Shown here: piece by piece, positions 8,558 through 18,449 of the stretch
Numbering within the stretch: the first letter of the stretch is position 1
How the letters are laid out: each line of letters begins with the position of its first letter
Origin: a virus
DNA length: 64,000 nucleotides
Virus record (IMG/VR): IMGVR_UViG_3300021142_000021
Span: 1 to 64,000 of that record
Strand: one strand, 5' to 3'
Notes under the pieces: generated by a model
Told to the model about the DNA's origin: nothing
The model's input: only the letters and a program-made list of their open reading frames with translations
Databases searched by the model: none
Program-made: the position numbers and the translations under genes

Positions 8558-8588
8558 GCAGGTAAATAGTGATAACAAGGGACTTAAC

Positions 8589-9092
8589 ATGGCAACAGGA
8601 AAAGTAAATGGGAAAAGTAAAGGCAATACATTCGAAAGAAAAATTGCTAATCTGTTGTCTGAGAGATTTCACCAACATACCGGTATAGAAAAAAGCTTCA
8701 GAAGAAATGCAGACAGTGGTTCATTCTTTGGTGGCGGTAACAAATCGAGAGTAACACAATACGACTTAGAACACGCTGCATTTGGTGACTTAATATGCCC
8801 TGATACTTTTTTATTCTCAGTAGAATGCAAGCACTATAAAACCGGGCCATCATTTCAGTCGATAGTCAATAAAGAAGTGACACAGTGGGATACATGGATC
8901 AAGCAGGTAGAACAAGATTCCACAAACGCAAATAAATTACCATTATTGATTATAAAATACAATAACGTTCCAGAATTTGTATTTGTGAAAAACAAGTTAG
9001 AGATAGATGAGATACTACAATATAAGGGGTATTATTCTTATACCTTATCTGAGATATTAAAGCTGACTAATGAGATATTCTTTAATAATTAG
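8589..9092 (+). CDS. PD-(D/E)XK nuclease, Holliday junction resolvase-like
   Basis: KGNTFERKIA...GDL...SVECKHY motif. Confidence 0.8.
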   Translation: MATGKVNGKSKGNTFERKIANLLSERFHQHTGIEKSFRRNADSGSFFGGGNKSRVTQYDLEHAAFGDLICPDTFLFSVECKHYKTGPSFQSIVNKEVTQWDTWIKQVEQDSTNANKLPLLIIKYNNVPEFVFVKNKLEIDEILQYKGYYSYTLSEILKLTNEIFFNN

Positions 9093-10048
9093 CTATTCAA
9101 CAAAATAAACTCTTCATAAGAAGGTGCAAGAGTTTTTATAAATCTTCCATTGCTAATTTTCTCTAAGTGTAGTAAGGTTATATTATAATTCTCTTCACAT
9201 CTCCAGTGGAATGGTACAGTATATCCAAACTCTTCACTCCACCTCAACCAAATATTTATACCACCATCATTGAAAATATGAACCGTGTCGTGCTCATCAC
9301 TTGTTAAGATAATGCAACCTAAGATTTCTACATGTTCTTCTTGACTGAAATTTTTATAATTCTTTAAACCTAGTAATTGAGATGGCTCTTTGGTTTTATA
9401 TGTACTACCACTTATACTATATTTTGCATGATGATACTGTACAGGAATATTAGATCTAAGTTCTTTTGTGTTTGGATCTGATAATTTTATGCCTTCAATA
9501 GGACGTTTAGTAAAATGCGATTCTAGTTGTCTCTTAGAACTATTCGGCCCATGCTGCAGAAGCAACCCATATTCTAAATTTTCATCCTTAAAGAATGCCT
9601 GCCTAAGATCGCCACCCTCTTTAGTTCCGTGGTGTCTTAGGGTGTATTTCTTGTCCTTCCGCAATTCAAAATCAACTCTATATGTATCTAGTCTATCAAA
9701 TATATTATCAGATTTACCTCTAACAATTGCATGTTTATCTTTAAGATAAATTAGATTAGATATAGTCTGTTGATTAAAATATCTATCATATAATGCTATT
9801 TTAAATATTTTTCTTGCAATAACTGAGTTAGTGACATTGAGAATAGGGTGGAAATATTTTTCATCATGAAAGGTATAGTTATTTTTATCTAATTCGTGTT
9901 GCTCTAATGATAGATCTGGTAGAAATATTACTTGATCTATATCTGAGATAGCAAAGACATTAAGAGCCTTAAGATCGGCCTCGGATAAATTTTCGAACTT
10001 GTATGTATTGTTTTTATATTTCTGATGTTGTGTATATTCTGTAGACAT
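9089..10048 (-). CDS. Hypothetical protein with possible C-terminal HNH-like motif
   Basis: QYHHAK...GCIILTSDEHDTVH pattern. SD AAAGGA and a candidate promoter TTGCTT-N18-TATACT upstream. Confidence 0.6.
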   Translation of the reverse strand: MSTEYTQHQKYKNNTYKFENLSEADLKALNVFAISDIDQVIFLPDLSLEQHELDKNNYTFHDEKYFHPILNVTNSVIARKIFKIALYDRYFNQQTISNLIYLKDKHAIVRGKSDNIFDRLDTYRVDFELRKDKKYTLRHHGTKEGGDLRQAFFKDENLEYGLLLQHGPNSSKRQLESHFTKRPIEGIKLSDPNTKELRSNIPVQYHHAKYSISGSTYKTKEPSQLLGLKNYKNFSQEEHVEILGCIILTSDEHDTVHIFNDGGINIWLRWSEEFGYTVPFHWRCEENYNITLLHLEKISNGRFIKTLAPSYEEFILLNS

Positions 10049-10116
10049 TGTTTCCTTTGTTGTGTCAAGAAGTTCAGTATATGCTCAACATTTACTGAAA
10101 AGCAATGAACTTCGCG

Positions 10117-11892
10117 TTAAATCACTACATCACTACTCTCTAAACTAGTGAAACCACCTTCTTTAACAACCTTCAACACGTTTGATACGCGACCTACAAG
10201 TTCATCCCTATGTGAAATTAAGTAAATATTTCTATTATTTTCTCTACACATCTTTTTTAATATAGCGACAGAAGCTTCTACACCACTTGAATCGAGTCCC
10301 GAATCTACTAGTTCATCGATAAACAATAAGTTGATCTTGTTATTCATATTCTCAAATACGTCTCTAAAACTCCAACTTAGAGATAATATTAATCGTGTGC
10401 GCTCGCCACGAGAAAGGTTATCAAAGTCAAATTCCTTACCATACATAGAAATCTCTACCTCCAGATCGGATTTGAATTTTACTAAATGTGGCAAACCTAT
10501 GTCTGTTAAATAATGTGCTAAACGATGATTTAAGAATGCTAAATTTTGATCAATAATCTTCTTACGAATAAATGAGTCTTTGTTTGTTAATAGCTTTAAT
10601 AGAAAATCTTGATGATCTCGTAAATTGACAAGATTATTCAATACCGTAAAATCAATTGCTTGTAATCCGTCCCGTTTTAGAACTACGATCTGATCTACAT
10701 ATGGATTAATTGTATCTAAATCCGATGCTAAACTATTACCTAAGGTATCTAGTGTTGTCTTATGATTCCATGCTTCATCAATTGTATCGTAGAAGGGCTC
10801 GGGCAACTTAGGGATCATAGATGCAACTGTTGTTGCAAGTGTTTTTACTTCGTCCCGTTTTACTGCTTTTTCGGCTAATCTTGTCTTGGCGTCGCTATGT
10901 TGGGCTACATATTCGCTATGCACCGCAGCATGTGTATCTTTGTCCATTTCCTGGCTACATGTAGGGCAGATCTTCTCGACAGAACTTGCTAAAACTTTAT
11001 CTAAACGAACAATCGTCCTAGATGAATCAGTAACATCCTTTTCGAGCCCGCTTAATTCTTTAGCAAGAGATCTATACTCAGCAGTTAAATCTTCAACTTC
11101 TTTCTTAGACTTGTGTAAAGCAATTTCATCATCGATATTAACATTAAGTAGTTCTAAGATAGATGCTTGAAGTTTATCTATCCTTAGCGACTTCGCGCTA
11201 TCCCACGCCTTGGACTTTGCCTCAAGCCCTGTAATATTCTGTTCAATCCTTTTATTAGCCTCCGTTGCCGCCGTAATTCTAAATTCCTCTTCTTTGATTT
11301 CATCTTTTGTTATCCTTGCTTCTTCTTTAAGCTTGTCTGCTTTTTCAGAGAGTTTGGTAATGCCTAAGAGCTGCTCAATTATAATTCTTTGATCATTTGT
11401 TTTTAACGCAAGGAAAGGTTCTACGTATGTGTTAAGGGCTACCAAGTGACTAAAAAGGTCATGCGAAATGCCAAGTATTAATTCTATTTCTTTTTGTGTA
11501 TTAGAATTTTCACCTTGTGCCTCATCTGTCTTTTCACCATCATCTTGTTCTGTGCCATCTTTAATAAACTTAAATATATTAGGCTTTCTACCACGTATAA
11601 TTTTATATTTTTGCCCATGCACTTCAAAATCGACTGTAACAACCATATTCTTTTGGTTTGTGGCATTAATTAGATTATCTTTTCTGATCTTTGTTAATGC
11701 CGCACCAAACAATCCATAAGATAATGCATTTACAATTGCCGATTTACCAACTCCGTTACGATTATCGTTGCCGCCTAGATCTAAATTTTCACCCAGAACC
11801 AAAACTAAATCAGTGCCGTGAAAATTAATACTCTGAACAACATTACCGATACTTAAGAAATTCTTAATTGTTATTGAATTGATTACTATCAT
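10117..11892 (-). CDS. gp46: Recombination endonuclease ATPase subunit, T4 gp46 / SbcC / Rad50-like
   Basis: Walker A NGVGKS, zinc hook CPTC within a coiled coil, signature LSRGE, Walker B LFIDE, ISH. Confidence 0.95.
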   Translation of the reverse strand: MIVINSITIKNFLSIGNVVQSINFHGTDLVLVLGENLDLGGNDNRNGVGKSAIVNALSYGLFGAALTKIRKDNLINATNQKNMVVTVDFEVHGQKYKIIRGRKPNIFKFIKDGTEQDDGEKTDEAQGENSNTQKEIELILGISHDLFSHLVALNTYVEPFLALKTNDQRIIIEQLLGITKLSEKADKLKEEARITKDEIKEEEFRITAATEANKRIEQNITGLEAKSKAWDSAKSLRIDKLQASILELLNVNIDDEIALHKSKKEVEDLTAEYRSLAKELSGLEKDVTDSSRTIVRLDKVLASSVEKICPTCSQEMDKDTHAAVHSEYVAQHSDAKTRLAEKAVKRDEVKTLATTVASMIPKLPEPFYDTIDEAWNHKTTLDTLGNSLASDLDTINPYVDQIVVLKRDGLQAIDFTVLNNLVNLRDHQDFLLKLLTNKDSFIRKKIIDQNLAFLNHRLAHYLTDIGLPHLVKFKSDLEVEISMYGKEFDFDNLSRGERTRLILSLSWSFRDVFENMNNKINLLFIDELVDSGLDSSGVEASVAILKKMCRENNRNIYLISHRDELVGRVSNVLKVVKEGGFTSLESSDVVI

Positions 11893-12908
11893 AGATTATT
11901 ATATATTTCGATGAACTTATTAATTTCAAACTTTGAATCATTATCTAACGTGTTTAGACATTCGATAACAATTTGATCCACTGTTTTTAGTGTAATATCA
12001 CCCGTAAATTCCTTAGTTAAATCATCATTGGGGTTTCGAATAAGCTTAAACTCTCTTACGCTATACTGAGACATAAATGTTTCACGTAAAAAAGCTGCTT
12101 CTTCGTACGTTATGTCGATGTCTAAAGTAACTTGAAGATATGTTTTAGGTTTAAGATAGATATCTGGATTAGCTAGTAATGCCGCTAAGTTGATACTTAT
12201 AAAGCGCGGTCCACCTGTATAATCTAAGAACTCTGGTTCCTTATCCCATTCTAAATACATGGCACCACGTTCAAAGTCCCAAACATCGCTGTAATTATGT
12301 CCGAAAGGATTACCAATATAAGTAACCTTGCCTTTTGTTTGCCGTAGGTGAAAGTGTCCAGAGAACACGTAATCCTGATGTTTGAAATGTTCTGCATTGA
12401 TGCCACCGTGATCGGGCATCTCGACTTGAGCATTCATTTTAAATCCCGGAAGTTCTAAATGACCGAAAAGATATTTTGATTTGATGTTAACAATATCTTC
12501 CCACTCATCATTAACTAACCAAGGCACAAAAGCAACATCATCGACGACAAGAGGTTCATCTACGAGCACAATATTAGGATATAGTGCAGCAAACTTCATT
12601 GATGTTACAGAACGGTTATCACGAAAGTATAAATCGTGATTTCCAACCATAAAATATGTCTTCTTAAACGAACTATTCAACATACCTAGCAATTTAATGC
12701 TATATTCGAGTGTCTGAGCATTGATTGTATTCCTATGGTGCATAAAGTCGCCCATAAAAATACATGTATCAACATCTCGACTCTTTGCTTCAGCTATTAA
12801 CCATTCGGTATAGTCTATGCAATCGTCGAGATGTGTTACTGAATTATGCTTTAGACCGAGATGGATGTCACTGAAAACTATCGCTCTTTTAAAAAGTTGA
12901 TTTGTCAT
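11889..12908 (-). CDS. gp47: Recombination endonuclease nuclease subunit, T4 gp47 / SbcD / Mre11-like
   Basis: Metallophosphoesterase motifs SDIHLG, MGD, VGNHD, GHLE, SGHFH. Likely start ATG 12908. Confidence 0.95.
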   Translation of the reverse strand: MTNQLFKRAIVFSDIHLGLKHNSVTHLDDCIDYTEWLIAEAKSRDVDTCIFMGDFMHHRNTINAQTLEYSIKLLGMLNSSFKKTYFMVGNHDLYFRDNRSVTSMKFAALYPNIVLVDEPLVVDDVAFVPWLVNDEWEDIVNIKSKYLFGHLELPGFKMNAQVEMPDHGGINAEHFKHQDYVFSGHFHLRQTKGKVTYIGNPFGHNYSDVWDFERGAMYLEWDKEPEFLDYTGGPRFISINLAALLANPDIYLKPKTYLQVTLDIDITYEEAAFLRETFMSQYSVREFKLIRNPNDDLTKEFTGDITLKTVDQIVIECLNTLDNDSKFEINKFIEIYNNL

Positions 12909-13657
12909 ATCTCCCACCCCCTAAATCCGCGATGAGTTTTATTTTCTTTTGTTTTTAATAATATACGATCTATTATGCACCCATATTCTCTACTGAATGC
13001 TGATTTACTATCGTATATTTTAATTGTCCCATCGACAAATTCTATCTTTACTTTTTTAGATACTTTTGCTGCACCTAATAATCCGCCTAGTTTTGCCTGT
13101 TCATCTCGAATTTCTTTATTTTTATTTCGTGATATAATCATTTGTTCTCTTTTCTTTTCCACTAACTCGGGATGAGATTTATAAAATTCGATAAGTGTCT
13201 CTGATCTTTTTTTATATACTTCTTCAGTATGTAAATGCTTCGTTAATTCGCGTCGTTCGTCATTAGTTTTATTCTTCCATTTTATATTATAATTATAGTC
13301 GGTCATTGTAAAACTATATAATTGCTTTAACTGGTTAATCTCATCTTCTGTAAATTGCGATAAATCTTGTCCTATACCGTCACCGCCACGGGTAGAATTA
13401 TAGCCCTTCTTGTATGAATTATACTCATCTATCCAGTAAATCTCTTTAAATGCTAAATCGATAATTCTGTCAGAATGATCAATGATCTCGTATCGGAATT
13501 TATCTGGGCCTTTTCTTAGAGCCATATAGAATTTTGTATCTTTAGTGAGACAATCCCGTTTATGTGTTTTCCATCTATGTTCGAGATGTTCGAGATGTGT
13601 ATCGAATCCGATATAGCAGAGATTATTTTCGACATTTGTTATTTTATAGATAAACAT
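12905..13657 (-). CDS. GIY-YIG homing endonuclease (Seg-like)
   Basis: MFIYKITNVENNLCYIG...GYNSTRGG. Free-standing between gp55 and gp47, with late promoter TGATAAATA at 13690-13682. Confidence 0.85.
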   Translation of the reverse strand: MFIYKITNVENNLCYIGFDTHLEHLEHRWKTHKRDCLTKDTKFYMALRKGPDKFRYEIIDHSDRIIDLAFKEIYWIDEYNSYKKGYNSTRGGDGIGQDLSQFTEDEINQLKQLYSFTMTDYNYNIKWKNKTNDERRELTKHLHTEEVYKKRSETLIEFYKSHPELVEKKREQMIISRNKNKEIRDEQAKLGGLLGAAKVSKKVKIEFVDGTIKIYDSKSAFSREYGCIIDRILLKTKENKTHRGFRGWEI

Positions 13658-13702
13658 ATTACGATCCAAAGTGTATAATGTTATTTATCACTTTGGATCA
13701 CA

Positions 13703-14605
13703 TTATTCGTTGTCATCTCTGGCCGCTTCCTGTGCTTCTTCTCTTAGTTGCCTAATATCTGCTTCGATATTTAACTGACGTGTAAAGCTAGGACTTGCTC
13801 CACTATCGATTAATAAATCATCGCGCAGATCTTGATTTTTCTTTTCTAAGTTAAGAACTCTCGTAAAGCTATTCTGTAAAGATTGTGTATAATATGAGAA
13901 TGGATTATCACTCTTGGATTCGTCAAACTGTAAACCCATTTGCGCTAATTGAAGTAGAGCCTGCCCCTTCATTTCATCAATGTATGTATAACCGCGCCAG
14001 TTGCCACGTTGACCGTATTTGTTTACCATAAGGATAAACATCTTAGCAAGCTTATTAGTAATAGAACCGCGCTCTAGATTAAACTTTCCACCTTTGGAAT
14101 GTGATCGGCCAACTTCTTTTGTAGTACCATTTTCAATAATATAATGTTTGAATGGGAAGAAATTTAATTTAACATGGCTATCTGCTGTGCTCTTTGGATT
14201 CTTCTTTCTACCGGGTGCAAGTGGAATATGTTCAAATGTTAAAACACGATATACTAAATCATCAACATTAATTGTATCAGGTTTAATCTTATATTCGGAC
14301 ATCTTTGGTCTCTCTGTCCTAGATGTGTTGTTAGCTACCGCTACAGCAAATGCAGCCGATCCAATTCTAGCTGCTCTGGCAGCTTTTGCTTTTTCCTGAA
14401 CTTCGGGAAGAAATGCTTCTTGAGCATTATCTATGATAACATCATAGTCAGCATACTTCTGATCAGTATATTCACAGAAAGAATTCTTACTCTGGTGAAT
14501 TTCCTTCAACATATCTTTGTTATTTAAGTAGTTAACTTTCTTAACCGGGAATATTGAAATAACCTCCGGTGTTTCCTCTTCTTCAAAATCTATAGAACCG
14601 ATCAT
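13703..14605 (-). CDS. gp55: Late-transcription sigma factor, T4 gp55-like
   Basis: YLNNKDMLKEI, NWRGYTYIDEMKG, FDESKSDNPFSYYTQ motifs. SD AAAGGAG precedes ATG 14605. Confidence 0.9.
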   Translation of the reverse strand: MIGSIDFEEEETPEVISIFPVKKVNYLNNKDMLKEIHQSKNSFCEYTDQKYADYDVIIDNAQEAFLPEVQEKAKAARAARIGSAAFAVAVANNTSRTERPKMSEYKIKPDTINVDDLVYRVLTFEHIPLAPGRKKNPKSTADSHVKLNFFPFKHYIIENGTTKEVGRSHSKGGKFNLERGSITNKLAKMFILMVNKYGQRGNWRGYTYIDEMKGQALLQLAQMGLQFDESKSDNPFSYYTQSLQNSFTRVLNLEKKNQDLRDDLLIDSGASPSFTRQLNIEADIRQLREEAQEAARDDNE

Positions 14606-14631
14606 ATTTTCTCCTTTAGAGCGTTCTGTAC

Positions 14632-14660
14632 AGTATAACAAAAGAAGTTCGTAGAGTCAA
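14632..14660 (-). promoter_or_regulatory. Sigma70-type promoter for gp55, TTGACT-N17-TATACT
   Basis: -35 at 14660-14655 and -10 at 14637-14632. Confidence 0.75.
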
Positions 14661-14694
14661 GGGTTCCGTGATTAACACACCTGTTTATAACCAA

Positions 14695-14702
14695 GATAAA
14701 TA
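14695..14702 (+). promoter_or_regulatory. Late promoter GATAAATA for the baseplate operon
   Basis: 21 nt upstream of the ATG at 14724. Confidence 0.65.
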
Positions 14703-14723
14703 AGCAGATAAGGGAATATATAA

Positions 14724-15398
14724 ATGTCAAATCAAGATCAACGAGCACGATTACAACCGAAATCATTAGATAATGAAGAGGTTCTCGGCCCACGAGATCC
14801 TACAAATATTTTATTCCCTCTATGGTCAACACGTGGTGTCCTTTTTCCTTATACGCCGTCTGTTGCTACAGGCAACGTTGTAGAGTACGATCCTTCAAGC
14901 TTTATTCATTCAAACTATGGATATAATGCTTATGTTAGGTCATATCCGAAACCTATTAGTATTTCTGCGGAATTTACAGCGCAGTCAAATGATGAAGCTA
15001 TATATTTATTGGCGGTGATAAGTTTCTTCCGGTCCGTTACGAAATCTTATTTCGGTGTTAACCCGTATGAGAAGGCAGGAACACCTCCCCCGACCCTTAT
15101 ATTTAACTATTTAGGTGATTATCAATTTAATAATGTCCCTGTTATTGTTAAGAATTTCGAATACACATACGAGGCAGATATTGATTATATTCCAATTAGT
15201 ACAGCAAATAATCAAATATTCTCTAGCAATATTGGCGTAAATCTTCCGATTGGTAATAACGGTGGTTTCACTTGGGTACCAACACACTTAAAGGTGCAAT
15301 TAGATTTGGATACTCAGTATATTCCTATTAAGATGAGAAATGAATTTAATCTAGATAAATTCCGCCAAGGTAAATTACTTAATAAGGGATACATTTAA
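14724..15398 (+). CDS. Baseplate / tail tube initiator-like protein (gp48/gp54-like)
   Basis: GTPPPTLIFNYLGDYQFNNVPVIVKNFEY motif and position before the LysM/gp53-like gene. Confidence 0.6.
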   Translation: MSNQDQRARLQPKSLDNEEVLGPRDPTNILFPLWSTRGVLFPYTPSVATGNVVEYDPSSFIHSNYGYNAYVRSYPKPISISAEFTAQSNDEAIYLLAVISFFRSVTKSYFGVNPYEKAGTPPPTLIFNYLGDYQFNNVPVIVKNFEYTYEADIDYIPISTANNQIFSSNIGVNLPIGNNGGFTWVPTHLKVQLDLDTQYIPIKMRNEFNLDKFRQGKLLNKGYI

Positions 15399-15685
15399 TG
15401 GCAACCAATTCTAAAGACACGAGTCAGTATCTATTGACCCCAGTTAAAAATTGGTATCTAGATCTATGGGTGCCAAGAACTATTGCCGCAAACGACTATG
15501 ATAAGATTTTAGTCATACCGCCGGCATTTGATCAACGCCCTGACTTATTAAGCCAACAAGAATATGGCACTCCAAAGTTATGGTGGGTATTCTCTCTTAG
15601 AAATCCAGATCTTATAATTGATCCTATAAATGACTTTGTTTCCGGATTAGAAATTTATATTCCTAAAAACATTTTGAAGAATTAA
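15398..15685 (+). CDS. Baseplate wedge protein, gp53/LysM-like
   Basis: RPDLLSQQEYGTPKLWWVFSLRN...GLEIYIP. Confidence 0.8.
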   Translation: MATNSKDTSQYLLTPVKNWYLDLWVPRTIAANDYDKILVIPPAFDQRPDLLSQQEYGTPKLWWVFSLRNPDLIIDPINDFVSGLEIYIPKNILKN

Positions 15686-15686
15686 T

Positions 15687-18434
15687 ATGCCAGTAGATTC
15701 ACCGAAAAGTTTCATGGCGCCGCCTGTCACCACACATACCTATACACTTAATGGCAGAACTGTTGACAAGGCAACATATGATAAAGAATCTGCAGCATTT
15801 GATACTGCACACGGATTTACAACTAGCACACCTCAAGTCGGCCCAGCGCCAGTAACAAATGCATCATATGCTCCTGCACAGGCACCTCAAATTGTAAACG
15901 CTCCGGCAAGCACATTTAATCCGGCAAAAGATTCTCAATCGGCATATGCAAATATGGCATCGCCGATTAATAATATTAGTATGGCATTTACGCCCAACAT
16001 ATTAGATTACTATGATGTTTATACATATCATTGGAAATTATTTATGGTGCCTATGTCTGCTTCTGCATCCGGGACAGTTCTTAATACTGCTATTCAGTCG
16101 ATTATTGCTGAAAGCGGTGTGTCTGATTTAACAATAGATAAGGTAGAAGTCTCGTGTATCGCCACCCCATCGGTAGAAAGTGGTTGCGGCACAATGACAA
16201 ATGTTAAATTTGAAATTGTAGAACCATCGGGTGCAGGTTTATTAGACAAAATATTCTACGAAACAATTTCGCTAGGTTTAGGTAATTGGATGACTAGTCC
16301 ATTTTATCTACAATTAGAATTTAGAGGTCGCGATCCAGAAACAGAAGCATCTGTTATCAATGGAGTAGATGGCGGAATCGGGCAGATGAGGTGGGTGTGG
16401 CCTGTTACTATATCTAAGTCAAAAATTAATGTGACACACGTTGGCACGAGATACGAATTTGAAGCAGTTTTGTATGATGAAAAAGCTCAAGCAAATGCAT
16501 ACTCTTCGTTATTACATAGCGTTACACTAAAGAATCTAGCAAAATTTAAAGATGCGATGGCGGACCTAGAAAAGAAATTAAACGAAGATGCGTATGAACA
16601 ATTAATTGACAATTATAGCATACCTGATACATTTAAAATTATTGTAGATCCGATATTAGCTAAGATAGATCTAGTTAATCCAGATTATAAGAAGAATACT
16701 CAACGAGCATCCGATTGGGTCGATCTTTCAAAGAAGTCCGCAACATTTACACAAGGTACGAGTGTTGATAAGATTGTTGATTCATTATTGGGCAGTACAT
16801 CGTTGGGCCAGGAATTGGTACAAGATTCTAAGACGCCTTCCGCAAAACCTAATACACCTCAAGAAAGCAAAGATCAGATGAAAAAGCTCTGGAGAGTTGT
16901 AACAGAGACTAAGCCTATTGCGTATGATGCCCAGCGACAGAATAATGCTAATGCAATAACCATTTATGTAGTTCAATATGATCTAGGTAATCTACAAGCA
17001 GATGCAGCACAGACAGGGCAGACACCCGATACAATACCTGCTATGAAAAAAAGATTAGATGAATATCTTAAGAAAAAAATCTTAAGAAAGAAGTATAATT
17101 ACATATTTACGGGATTAAACGATCAAATTATAAAATTAGATCTAGATATGAATTATGCATTCGCAACTGCAACAGCGCGTTTCGGCGGCATATATGTTGA
17201 TAGTGCCGCTGGCAGCACAAAGGGTATTACTCAAGAAGAGAATCAAGATAATGAAAAGAAAGCTGGTGAAATTATCAGAAATACTTTAAAATTCATTAAT
17301 GATTCACCTCCCGGAACTAATGTCGATGCCAAGATTGCACAAGCAAAAAAGTCGATAGCTGCTACGAAAGTAAGTCCTGAGGTTGCGGCGAAATATGCTG
17401 CCATATTAGACCACAGTCGACCTGGCCAGAAACAAGCATACGGAAAAGAACTTGCAGCAGGTGGTGGCCTAAATCAGAAAGGTACAGTAGGAACTGCAGG
17501 TCAGACAGATCCATTGACAGGTAAACCGTATAAGCCTTTAACAATGAGCTCGCTGGCATCTTCTACCCAAAGTAATCAAGGAAAGCTAAATTTTGTTTCT
17601 GATGTAGATATAAGTTCGCCAGCCGCTCAGAGTGCTCGATCAACAGCTGAAGCTTCCGGAAGAGGAAAATTAAGACCTATTCCCACTCAGGTAGCACCAC
17701 AAGAAGGCAACTTTAAAGGTATTGATCCTGCTGCTGATTCGGGTCGTGCCAAAACTTCTAGTATGTTTGCTGCGGCACTATATTCCGGACAAGGTGCCGA
17801 TTTACAAAGTATTAAAATGACAATTAAGGGAGATCCTTTTTGGCTATTCCCTAGAAGTCTTAGCAGGGATGCTACCTCTTTAGTTTATAAATCCAATATG
17901 GCTGACGCTGATGCAATTGCAGAAATAAAGAATGTGCCGCCAGGAGATGATGCTACAGTAAATATACTTGGGACAGATAATTTTATTGTTATTCGTTTTA
18001 GAACACCGAGAATATTTAATGACACCACCGGGTCAATAGACCCATTTACTGAGTCAGAAGCATTTAGTGGCATATATAAAATGACGCGAGTAATAAGCAA
18101 ATTTGAGAATGGCAAATTTAGTCAGGAATTAGAAGCTATCTTAGATCCATTGATCGATTTCGGTTCTTTACCTGAGTTTTTACGTCTGTTATCAACGTTA
18201 GAAGCAACAAATAAAGATTTACAATCTACCAGTATTCCTGCGCCACCGGCAATCCCAGTAACTGCTACAAAAACAGAAAAATTAGCAGGTACTGCAAGTA
18301 ATCCACCGGGTGTAGATACAACTAAACACGTGAGTCCTACAACAAAAACATCTACATCAAATATTCCATCTAATAGTGGATTAACAGCAACACAGAGAAT
18401 AGGTCAGCAATTGCCCCAAAAGTCTTCACCATAA
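15687..18434 (+). CDS. Baseplate hub protein (gp27-like)
   Basis: IKGDPFWL and FSGIYKMTRVISKFENGKFSQEL motifs; directly upstream of the gp5-like gene. Confidence 0.6.
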   Translation: MPVDSPKSFMAPPVTTHTYTLNGRTVDKATYDKESAAFDTAHGFTTSTPQVGPAPVTNASYAPAQAPQIVNAPASTFNPAKDSQSAYANMASPINNISMAFTPNILDYYDVYTYHWKLFMVPMSASASGTVLNTAIQSIIAESGVSDLTIDKVEVSCIATPSVESGCGTMTNVKFEIVEPSGAGLLDKIFYETISLGLGNWMTSPFYLQLEFRGRDPETEASVINGVDGGIGQMRWVWPVTISKSKINVTHVGTRYEFEAVLYDEKAQANAYSSLLHSVTLKNLAKFKDAMADLEKKLNEDAYEQLIDNYSIPDTFKIIVDPILAKIDLVNPDYKKNTQRASDWVDLSKKSATFTQGTSVDKIVDSLLGSTSLGQELVQDSKTPSAKPNTPQESKDQMKKLWRVVTETKPIAYDAQRQNNANAITIYVVQYDLGNLQADAAQTGQTPDTIPAMKKRLDEYLKKKILRKKYNYIFTGLNDQIIKLDLDMNYAFATATARFGGIYVDSAAGSTKGITQEENQDNEKKAGEIIRNTLKFINDSPPGTNVDAKIAQAKKSIAATKVSPEVAAKYAAILDHSRPGQKQAYGKELAAGGGLNQKGTVGTAGQTDPLTGKPYKPLTMSSLASSTQSNQGKLNFVSDVDISSPAAQSARSTAEASGRGKLRPIPTQVAPQEGNFKGIDPAADSGRAKTSSMFAAALYSGQGADLQSIKMTIKGDPFWLFPRSLSRDATSLVYKSNMADADAIAEIKNVPPGDDATVNILGTDNFIVIRFRTPRIFNDTTGSIDPFTESEAFSGIYKMTRVISKFENGKFSQELEAILDPLIDFGSLPEFLRLLSTLEATNKDLQSTSIPAPPAIPVTATKTEKLAGTASNPPGVDTTKHVSPTTKTSTSNIPSNSGLTATQRIGQQLPQKSSP

Positions 18435-18449
18435 TTTTAACAGGTACAT

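Noticed and set aside
8523-8581. Apparent hairpin CCCTTG/CAAGGG between divergent genes
   Set aside because: It is simply the two Shine-Dalgarno sequences of oppositely oriented genes.
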